The translations under genes were made by a program, and so were the position numbers. This document shows positions 57,169 through 64,000 of a stretch of DNA of 64,000 nucleotides, piece by piece. The DNA is from an uncultured bacterium (GTDB lineage: Bacteria; Vulcanimicrobiota; Xenobia; Xenobiales; Xenobiaceae): NCBI GenBank assembly GCA_934644775.1, contig CAKUDB010000008.1:10459-74458 (forward strand). Direction: 5' to 3'. Every line of letters begins with the position of its first letter. Position 1 is the stretch's first letter. Below the pieces are notes generated by a model. The model worked only from the letters and a program-made list of their open reading frames with translations, had not been told where the DNA came from and ran no database searches.

Positions 57169-57206
57169 TTCGCTCTAGTAAAATTAAAATTATTGGCCAA
57201 CAAAAA
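57169..57206. repeat. 38-bp direct repeat, copy 1 (trpS-proximal)
   Basis: ttcgctctagtaaaattaaaattAttggccaaCaaaaa. 36 of 38 positions are identical to 58594-58631. Confidence 0.85.
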
Positions 57207-57228
57207 TGTATAACTCCCTCATAATTAC

Positions 57229-58461
57229 TTAACTCAGCCAATCGATCAAGTTGACAACCTTTATACCATTATAAGAACTAATAAAATCTCTATCCATAGA
57301 CAAGACCATCTTTTCATAGTTATCCCTAAGCAATTGTAAAGGACGCAATTCACGCTCTCTAGTTTCAGGTGAGTTTATACTTTCGCTGACTTGAATATAC
57401 AACCTATGTTCAGGTTTTTCAGCTACGAAATCAATTTCCAGCTCTCCTACCTTACCTATGTATACATGATAACCGCGACGCAAAAGTTCAAGAAAAACGA
57501 CATTTTCAAGGATATGTCCCCTATCAGCATTGCGATACCCCAACAACATATTACGGAAGCCCAAGTCGATTATATAATTTTTTTCCAAAGTTTTTAAAAA
57601 CTGTTTTCCTTTTAGATCATAGCGGCCTATAGAATAAAAGAAAAAAGCGTTATGTAACATACTTAAATATTTATTGATAGTTTTGCCAGCAATATTTTTA
57701 TCACGACCAGAGGGCAGATATTTCTCATTGGCCAAATTATTACCAATGCTATTAGGAGAAGTTATACTGCCTATATTAGAGCACAAAAACAGAACTAGCT
57801 TTTGCAATATAGCTTGTTCAACTTGTCCCTGACGTTGTAAAATGTCGCGCAAGATGACAGTCGAGTAAATTCCTTCCATAACTTGATTTATGCGAGCTTC
57901 GTTGAACTTATACTCACGCAAAACAGGCATACCGCCAAATTTTAAGTATTTTTGAAATTTATCATATTTATTATCATCAGAAGAAAATTCGTGAAATATT
58001 AAAAACTCTCTAAATGATAGAGGAAGAACTTTTATTTCTACATATCGTCCCGAAAGCAAAGTGGATAACTCTGTAGAAAGTAGGTAAGCATTGGAGCCGG
58101 TTATATAAATATCAACATCAAAATCTAAACGAAAAGATTCTATAGCTTTTTCCCAATGCTCTACCTCTTGTACCTCATCAAAAATTAAATAATTCTTACC
58201 ATTATCGGAAATTTTAGAAGCTATATAATCATAAAGGGATAAGTAATTAGTTAATTTCCTGTAACGCAGTGATTCAAAATTTATATCGATAATATTTTTC
58301 TCCGCTATGCCATTTCTTAGTAAATAGCGACGAAATAATTCCAACAAAGACGATTTACCACAACGCCTTATACCAGTAATAATTTTTACCAGATCGACAT
58401 CCTTATGTTCTATCAGCTGCTGTAAATAATCATTCCTACCTATTAACTCTACCATTTCCAA
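57229..58461 (-). CDS. AAA-family ATPase with a DUF4143-type C-terminus (COG1373-like)
   Basis: ITGIRRCGKSSLL (Walker A), LIFDEVQEVEHW (Walker B), ITGSNAYLL, LSGRYVEIKVLPLSFREF. The gene is visibly more AT-rich than its neighbours. Confidence 0.85.
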   Translation of the reverse strand: MEMVELIGRNDYLQQLIEHKDVDLVKIITGIRRCGKSSLLELFRRYLLRNGIAEKNIIDINFESLRYRKLTNYLSLYDYIASKISDNGKNYLIFDEVQEVEHWEKAIESFRLDFDVDIYITGSNAYLLSTELSTLLSGRYVEIKVLPLSFREFLIFHEFSSDDNKYDKFQKYLKFGGMPVLREYKFNEARINQVMEGIYSTVILRDILQRQGQVEQAILQKLVLFLCSNIGSITSPNSIGNNLANEKYLPSGRDKNIAGKTINKYLSMLHNAFFFYSIGRYDLKGKQFLKTLEKNYIIDLGFRNMLLGYRNADRGHILENVVFLELLRRGYHVYIGKVGELEIDFVAEKPEHRLYIQVSESINSPETRERELRPLQLLRDNYEKMVLSMDRDFISSYNGIKVVNLIDWLS

Positions 58462-58593
58462 CCTACTTTTGTATTTTACAATAAATTTCCTAAAAATCTG
58501 TCAAAAGTTTTCGACTAAACATACCAAAACTTTCTAAAAAATATAAGTTTTCAAAAAGTTTTTCTAAAACTTATATAAAAAAACCGATTGGCT

Positions 58594-58631
58594 TTCGCTC
58601 TAGTAAAATTAAAATTGTTGGCCAATAAAAA
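58594..58631. repeat. 38-bp direct repeat, copy 2
   Basis: ttcgctctagtaaaattaaaattGttggccaaTaaaaa. It lies 1425 bp from copy 1 in the same orientation. Confidence 0.85.
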
Positions 58632-58673
58632 CTAAAAAAGGTAGTAAATAAATAAGCTAGAAACCATGGCAAC

Positions 58674-59933
58674 ATGGATCCTTTTGAACTTTCTATATCG
58701 CCTGTTTTTAATGAAGTTATTCGAGCTGCCGAATCGGTTTATGAAGCTCCCGACGACCCTTCCGCTAAAGAAGAGCTTTCCCAAACCTTGCGTGATATGG
58801 CAGAATTTACTCAATATTTAGCCGCTTCATTTCAAGAAGCTATAAAGGTTCGCCCCAAAACGGAACTTTCCATTAGAGCTCCGCAAGAATTTGCTGCCGA
58901 GCTAAAAGTTATTACCAATGTTTTGAGCTCTTTGAAACAGAACTTGGGAGACAATAAGACTGAGCCCTTCCCCCAGCTTATAGATCAAGGGCGCAAGGCT
59001 TTGGCCCAAATGTTCGAGATCTTTGAACAAATGAAGAAGGAAGAAGAGTCCTTCCCCGTCTTTTCCAAGTCTCCCTATATTCAAGAGATCGTCCGTATCG
59101 CCACAGGAGTTGCCAAAGGCCAATACAAACCCGAAGTGCTTAAAGATAAGGTAGCTTGGCTGCGCGATCGCTTCTTGGAATTTAAAGATGATTTTGCCAG
59201 TATCAAAGATATTCCCAAGGAAAATGACGAAGTAGAGAAGCTGCTGCCTATTGCCGAACAGGCCTTGCAAAAGATGGGCCAAGCCTTAGACAAGATGACT
59301 CGTTTCCAGAAAAAATACGATAAGAACCTTCTGAAAGAAGGTTGTTCCGAGTTATTACAGAGCAGCGAAGTGCTTATCGCCGTCCAAGAGAGGCTAATGA
59401 AAGCTTCTACCGCCCAGCCTGTCGCTTGTCCTAATTGCGGCGCTATCAATCCCGGCGGAGCCAAGAAATGTCGCGCTTGCAATGGTATTTTGCCTACTAT
59501 TGTCGGCCTGTCGACTCAAACAATGGAAATAAAAGAGAATCTTCCTCTGGAGAATAAAGGGCCGGCCTATACTTATATTGCCAGGCTGGAAGGCTCACTC
59601 AATTCTTATAAGCGCCATCTCTTGGACGAAAAGGATCTTAAGCGTGAAATAGACTTTTTTGCCCAAAAAGTGGCTGACGGTCTGACCCAATTTGGCCAAA
59701 TGAAGAAAAAAGCCGCCACCCAGAGCGAAGGCCAAGAAGGTAACTATGAAGCCATACTTTCCCTCTATAAGGATATGGAAACCGGCTTAAATACTCTCTC
59801 CAGAGGGGTCAAAAAGATGCAAAGCTTCTTTGACAGCCAGGACGACCAAGTCTTAGATGAAGGTTTTGATGTTGTAGTTGCAGGAGCAACCTTAATGATA
59901 GATACCCAAAATAAGGTTGCTGCTGTTAGATAG
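58674..59933 (+). CDS. Hypothetical helical-repeat protein with an embedded zinc ribbon (CX2C-X10-CX2C)
   Basis: The zinc ribbon CPNCGAINPGGAKKCRAC is encoded at 59427-59480. The architecture parallels 3263-4879. Confidence 0.7.
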   Translation: MDPFELSISPVFNEVIRAAESVYEAPDDPSAKEELSQTLRDMAEFTQYLAASFQEAIKVRPKTELSIRAPQEFAAELKVITNVLSSLKQNLGDNKTEPFPQLIDQGRKALAQMFEIFEQMKKEEESFPVFSKSPYIQEIVRIATGVAKGQYKPEVLKDKVAWLRDRFLEFKDDFASIKDIPKENDEVEKLLPIAEQALQKMGQALDKMTRFQKKYDKNLLKEGCSELLQSSEVLIAVQERLMKASTAQPVACPNCGAINPGGAKKCRACNGILPTIVGLSTQTMEIKENLPLENKGPAYTYIARLEGSLNSYKRHLLDEKDLKREIDFFAQKVADGLTQFGQMKKKAATQSEGQEGNYEAILSLYKDMETGLNTLSRGVKKMQSFFDSQDDQVLDEGFDVVVAGATLMIDTQNKVAAVR

Positions 59934-59950
59934 GAGTAGTCTAGCCCAAT

Positions 59951-60586
59951 ATGTCAGAATGTCCCAGATGTCATGCTCAGAATTTGCCCAATTCGACTTA
60001 CTGTGATATGTGTGGCTGTGAGCTAGCCCGAGTCGATAAAGAGGCTGTCACCCCCGAACCGATATTGGCAACCACATCGGAGTCAAGTGCCAGGCCGAGC
60101 GCCGACAAAGGGCAATCTTACCCAGTCGAGCTAGTGCCCAGTGGCCCGAACAACTTAAGTAGCCCAAGTGGCCCAGCTCCAGCCCCTGAGCCTTCTCCTC
60201 AACTCACCCTACCTGTAAGCAACAACAAGGCCGCCTTGCCTACTACCTCTTCACGAGTTCTCAAGGATAATTTGTTAAAACGCAAGGCTGCAGGAGGGAT
60301 CACCTCCAGTAAAAAGATCGGCAATTTCCTTTCCGATTGGCTAAATAGTTGTCAAAAGATACTCTCAGAGGGCGGCTCTTGGCTAAAAAAAGCCAGCAAT
60401 TCTAATAGTAATCAACTGGGCATAACGTCTCTTAAGCCTCCTACCCCTACGGAAAGTAAGGGAAAGGCGCTCTGCAACAAGATCGTAGCCGCCCTCTTAG
60501 GTGTAGGAGTGTTGGCTCTATGTATATTCATGATCGGCAAAAAAATGGCCATTTTTAGTATTTCCACATTTATTAAGCAAAAATAG
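59951..60586 (+). CDS. Tail-anchored membrane protein with an N-terminal zinc ribbon and a P/S-rich linker
   Basis: CPRCHAQNLPNSTYCDMC is encoded at 59960-60013. C-terminal TM helix IVAALLGVGVLALCIFMIG. It starts 17 nt after the preceding gene. Confidence 0.65.
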   Translation: MSECPRCHAQNLPNSTYCDMCGCELARVDKEAVTPEPILATTSESSARPSADKGQSYPVELVPSGPNNLSSPSGPAPAPEPSPQLTLPVSNNKAALPTTSSRVLKDNLLKRKAAGGITSSKKIGNFLSDWLNSCQKILSEGGSWLKKASNSNSNQLGITSLKPPTPTESKGKALCNKIVAALLGVGVLALCIFMIGKKMAIFSISTFIKQK

Positions 60587-60654
60587 GCATTTAATCTGTA
60601 AATATTTTGACCTTCTTTTTTATGTCGAAAGGTATATTCTTGTGCAATTCGAAA

Positions 60655-60708
60655 AGGCGAGCGACCCCTGGATAAGGTGATTTTGCCAAGAGGGGGACGC
60701 CTTTTTTT
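60655..60708 (+). terminator. Rho-independent terminator after the zinc-ribbon gene pair
   Basis: Interrupted hairpin with GGCG/CGCC and CCCCT/AGGGG pairings, followed by T7. Confidence 0.65.
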
Positions 60709-60822
60709 GCCAGTTTTCGACTGTAAAAAACTCAGATCGTATAGACTGCTGAAAAGTCGGTTGGCAGTTCCATAAACAATTTTTTCATCAATTTAATAAG
60801 AAAACATTCGGAGGTTTATACC

Positions 60823-63372
60823 GTGCACATTTTAGGCACCGTAGTAGTTCGTCCCGTTTTGCCCGAGCGCATTGCTGGCTTACAGGAATTGTCCCACAAC
60901 TTGTGGTGGTCTTGGACTCCCGAAGCTCTGGCTCTCTTCTCAAACTTAGATCAAGAGCTCTGGAAGAGCGTAGGTCACAATCCCGTAGCTATTTTAGCTA
61001 ATATCGACCAAACTAAGCTCGAAGAAGCAGCTAAAGACTCCAAGTATTTAAAAGCCTATGATGATGTATATGCAAAATTCAAGGCTTACATGAATCCTAA
61101 GAGCACCCGCTACAGCGAAGCCTTCCCCGAAAGCAAAGATAAAGTCATCGCCTACTTCTCCGCTGAATTTGGTATGCACGAGAGTCTGCCTATTTATTCT
61201 GGTGGTTTAGGCATTTTATCTGGCGATCATATTAAAACCGCTTCCGATATGGGTATCCCTATGATCGGTGTAGGTCTCCTTTACAATCACGGTTACTTCA
61301 TTCAGACCATTAACCAAGACGGTTGGCAAGAGGCTAGCTACAAGCCCTTAGATTTCTCCATGGTTCCTGCCGAAAAAGCTACCGATACTAACGGCAATGA
61401 GATCGTTGTCCAAATTGAAATGCCTGACCGCATCGTCAACGCCCGCGTTTGGATTATCCAAGTCGGTCGCATTAAGCTCTACTTACTTGATACCGATATT
61501 GAGCAAAATTCTGTAGCCGACCGCGGTCTCTCCGCTCGTCTCTACGGTGGCGACAATCAGATGCGCATTGCCCAGGAAAAGATCTTAGGTATCGGCGGTG
61601 TTAAGGCTCTGCGCCGTTTAGGTATCAATCCTTGGGTGTGGCACATGAACGAAGGCCACTCCGCCTTCCTGACTATCGAGCTTATGCGCGAATATGTCAC
61701 TGAAAAAGGCCTCGATTGGCGCCAAGCTATTGAAGCTATTTCTCCGAAAGTGTGCTTCACTACTCACACTCCCGTGCCCGCTGGCCAAGACGCTTTCGGC
61801 AGCGATCTAATGGAAATGCATTTCTGGAAAGTGCGCAACGAGTTGGGCATGTCGCGCAACGAGTTTATGCGCTTAGGTCAGAATCCCGGCCAGCCCGACG
61901 CTCCCTTCAATTTAACTATCTTCTGCCTTAAATTGGCCAGCTTCCGCAACGGTGTAAGTAAGCTGCATGGCGTCGTTTCTCGCCATTTATGGCGCGATGT
62001 TTGGCCAGAAGTTCCCGCTGCCGAAATTCCCATCACTTCAGTTACTAACGGCGTCCATATCGGAACTTGGATCGCTCCAGAGATGGCCAGCCTTTATGAT
62101 AAATACGTTTCCAAAGATTGGCGCATCAATCCTGACAGCCACAAACTTTGGGACAAAGCTAAAATTCCCGCTGGCGACATTTGGTCTGTCCATCAGACTT
62201 TGAAGCAGCGCATGATCGACGGAGTTAGAGCCCGCCATGAGCGCCGTTTGCGTCGCTTGAGCGCCTCTTTATCCGAAATCGAAGGGGCTAAGAAGCTCCT
62301 TTCTCCTAGCGTTCTGACTATCGGTTTTGCTAGACGTTTTGCTACTTACAAGCGAGCTATCTTACTTTTCTCCGATATTGAGCGCCTCAAGAGGATCATG
62401 CTTACTCCCGGTCGCGAAGTGAACTTCGTTTTTGCCGGTAAAGCTCACCCTGCCGACCGTCCTGGTCAAGAGTTCATTAAACGCATTCACGACTACAGCA
62501 AGATGCCAGAATTTAAAGGTCGAATCATTCTCTTAGAAGATTACGATATAAATTTGGCCCGCTACTTAGTACAAGGCGTCGATGTATGGCTCAATAACCC
62601 TCGCCGTCCTTTAGAAGCTTCCGGTACTTCCGGTGAAAAAGCAGCCATGAATGGTGTACTTAACTTCAGTGTCTTAGACGGCTGGTGGGCTGAAGGTTTC
62701 AACGGACAAAACGGTTGGTCTATCGGTGAGGATCGCCATTACAGCAGTAATGAGGAGCAAGACTTAATCGACACCAATTCGCTCTACTCCACTTTGGAAG
62801 AAGAGATTATCCCTGCTTACTACGATGATCGTGACGAAAACGGTATTCCTACCGTGTGGACAGCCATGATGCAGAATGCCGTTCGCACTTTGGTACCCGA
62901 ATATTCTACCCATCGTATGCTTCACGACTACTGCCACGAAATTTACGTACCTGCCGGTATAGCTGGTGAGAGTGCTGGAGAGAACGGTTATGCCAAAGCT
63001 AAAGATTTGGCTAACTGGAAACAATACTTAGAGGACGTATGGAACGACGTCAACTTAGAATCAGAGATACATCAGCGCGGCGAAATTAAACGCGGCCAAG
63101 AGCTCTCTGTTAGCGCCCGCGTCTTCTTGGGTAGAGTCACCCCGCAAGAAGTTGAAGTAGAACTTTACGCTGGCAAGTTGCTCAACTCCGAAATCGTCAA
63201 TCCCCAGGTAGTCAAGCTCAACTACGGCGGCTACCGCGATGGCGCTCATTGCTACGAGGGTAAGATTACTCCCAACGCTACCGGCACTTTCGCCTATTCG
63301 GTAAGAGTAATTCCTACTCACGCCGCTGCCAAGTTCAACGATGTAGTCAACTTTATTTGCTGGTCTCGTTAA
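60823..63372 (+). CDS. glgP: Alpha-glucan (glycogen/maltodextrin) phosphorylase, GT35
   Basis: GTG start with GGAGG 8 nt upstream. GGLGILSGDHIKTASD, FARRFATYKR, FAGKAHPAD and EASGTSGEKAAMNG (PLP lysine region). C-ending codon bias. Confidence 0.9.
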   Translation: MHILGTVVVRPVLPERIAGLQELSHNLWWSWTPEALALFSNLDQELWKSVGHNPVAILANIDQTKLEEAAKDSKYLKAYDDVYAKFKAYMNPKSTRYSEAFPESKDKVIAYFSAEFGMHESLPIYSGGLGILSGDHIKTASDMGIPMIGVGLLYNHGYFIQTINQDGWQEASYKPLDFSMVPAEKATDTNGNEIVVQIEMPDRIVNARVWIIQVGRIKLYLLDTDIEQNSVADRGLSARLYGGDNQMRIAQEKILGIGGVKALRRLGINPWVWHMNEGHSAFLTIELMREYVTEKGLDWRQAIEAISPKVCFTTHTPVPAGQDAFGSDLMEMHFWKVRNELGMSRNEFMRLGQNPGQPDAPFNLTIFCLKLASFRNGVSKLHGVVSRHLWRDVWPEVPAAEIPITSVTNGVHIGTWIAPEMASLYDKYVSKDWRINPDSHKLWDKAKIPAGDIWSVHQTLKQRMIDGVRARHERRLRRLSASLSEIEGAKKLLSPSVLTIGFARRFATYKRAILLFSDIERLKRIMLTPGREVNFVFAGKAHPADRPGQEFIKRIHDYSKMPEFKGRIILLEDYDINLARYLVQGVDVWLNNPRRPLEASGTSGEKAAMNGVLNFSVLDGWWAEGFNGQNGWSIGEDRHYSSNEEQDLIDTNSLYSTLEEEIIPAYYDDRDENGIPTVWTAMMQNAVRTLVPEYSTHRMLHDYCHEIYVPAGIAGESAGENGYAKAKDLANWKQYLEDVWNDVNLESEIHQRGEIKRGQELSVSARVFLGRVTPQEVEVELYAGKLLNSEIVNPQVVKLNYGGYRDGAHCYEGKITPNATGTFAYSVRVIPTHAAAKFNDVVNFICWSR

Positions 63373-63406
63373 TATTTGATAAGTAGATAGAAACTGACTA
63401 GATAAA

Positions 63407-63446
63407 GGGGCCCTCTAAGCTACAAAGTTTAGGGGGCTCCTTTTTT
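63407..63446 (+). terminator. Rho-independent terminator of glgP
   Basis: 12-bp stem (63407-63418 with 63429-63440, two G-U pairs) followed by T6. Confidence 0.75.
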
Positions 63447-63492
63447 ACTTACCTAGATATAAGGCGACGAATAGTTGGCAACTTTTGCCAGT

Positions 63493-63544
63493 ATAATGCG
63501 CCAAATGGTTTGCAATTTTTCCTAGATGATTGGCCACCATCTGG
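63493..63544. repeat. Intergenic repeat, copy B (related to 27996-28048)
   Basis: ataatgcgccaaatggtttgcaatttttcctagatgattggccaccatctgg. 41 identical positions in my hand alignment with copy A. Confidence 0.5.
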
Positions 63545-63720
63545 GGAAGACTTTTTTGTTAAAAATTAAGCTACCAAAGCTGCTAAACTTGCAAAGGCTT
63601 TTTGCCTACTTAATCGAAATATTTGTGGCCATTAGTATGGGACTAGTCTTGGTCCTAAGCTGTCTAAGCATTTCAGAATTTGGCACACACCTCTCCAACG
63701 ATAAAAGGAAGGGCATTACT

Positions 63721-64000
63721 TTGAAATTAGTTACCAAAGCCGAAGCCGGTACCTTAGAATCTGGCGATATCCATATTGAAGTAGAATCTGCCGATACTCC
63801 CGGCGTAGAAGTAGATCTCAGCAGTACAGTTATGAAGCTGTACGGACGCCAAATTACTAAAGTTATCAAAGAAACCGTCGCTGAACTTGGCGTAGACGGT
63901 GTCATTGTCACGGCTGTAGACAAAGGCGCTTTAGATTGCACAGTTAAAGCCAGAGTAAAAACTGCCATTTACAGGGCTTGTCAAAGCAACGAGTATTCTT
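63721..64000 (+). CDS. citD: Citrate lyase acyl carrier protein (gamma subunit), 3' end runs off the window
   Basis: TTG start with AAAAGGAAGGG upstream. AGTLESGD (prosthetic-group Ser) and VDKGALDC match CitD. An in-frame ATG at 63637 would add 28 non-conserved aa. The gene is missing from the ORF track because there is no stop within the window. Confidence 0.85.
   Translation, partial: MKLVTKAEAGTLESGDIHIEVESADTPGVEVDLSSTVMKLYGRQITKVIKETVAELGVDGVIVTAVDKGALDCTVKARVKTAIYRACQSNEYS

Noticed and set aside
57051-57228. T-box leader upstream of trpS.
   Set aside because: Only ~180 nt is available. I found no specifier-loop/AGAGA/GNUGGNA or T-box (…GGUGGUACCGCG-like) sequence and no terminator/antiterminator pair.
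63474-63492. Sigma-54 promoter reading of the TGGCA…TTGC motifs (also at 28012-28040).
   Set aside because: The GG-to-GC spacing is 8 nt rather than the 10 nt required for the -24/-12 elements.
63606-63968. 120-aa minus-strand ORF at the window end.
   Set aside because: It is antisense to a clear CitD homolog (AGTLESGD, DKGALDC) on the + strand. Its own translation is low-complexity T/S/V-rich with no RBS.
1-64000. CRISPR arrays, tRNA/rRNA genes, prophage, IS or integron structures, toxin-antitoxin pairs, and an origin of replication with DnaA boxes.
   Set aside because: No evenly spaced repeats other than the coding 24-mers. No T-loop GGTTCGAATCC-type sequences. No integrase, transposase or phage-like ORFs. 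No TTATCCACA boxes were seen on reading the spacers.

Overview
This is a chromosomal, mostly housekeeping 64-kb segment from a moderately AT-rich bacterium. It looks diderm (LptD-like barrel, hldD) and fermentative (ptb-buk, NfnAB-like pair, citD). The lineage cannot be named from sequence alone. I count about 50 credible CDS. They include a split shikimate cluster (aroA-aroE / aroK / aroB-aroQ), dapA, glnA, rapZ-yvcK, a LysC-LysA fusion and the glycogen genes glgB and glgP. Also present are gmk, rqcH, truB, trpS, aqpZ, an SPFH pair, a MATE pump, an NlpC/P60 hydrolase and others. I saw no rRNA, tRNA, CRISPR array, transposase or integrase. Many longest-ORF starts in the supplied track are over-extended, so I give RBS-supported starts where I could read them. 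Items worth a second look: (1) a GC-rich, four-helix structured RNA candidate on the minus strand at 52476-52660, with its own terminator and convergent with a SAM-methyltransferase gene; (2) an AT-rich AAA/DUF4143 ATPase gene bracketed by 38-bp direct repeats that duplicate the trpS upstream region; (3) an orphan hsdS-like gene co-oriented with aqpZ and a 906-aa repeat protein; (4) two divergent paralogous helical proteins with an embedded CX2C-X10-CX2C zinc ribbon, one of them paired with a tail-anchored zinc-ribbon protein; (5) a REC-PAS-GGDEF-EAL protein in which all three catalytic motifs are degenerate; (6) a ~53-nt intergenic repeat found twice, each time downstream of a terminator. There are also several domain fusions and degenerate active sites. 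I cannot demonstrate a complete novel multi-gene system from sequence alone. All functional readings are hypotheses that need database and experimental checks.
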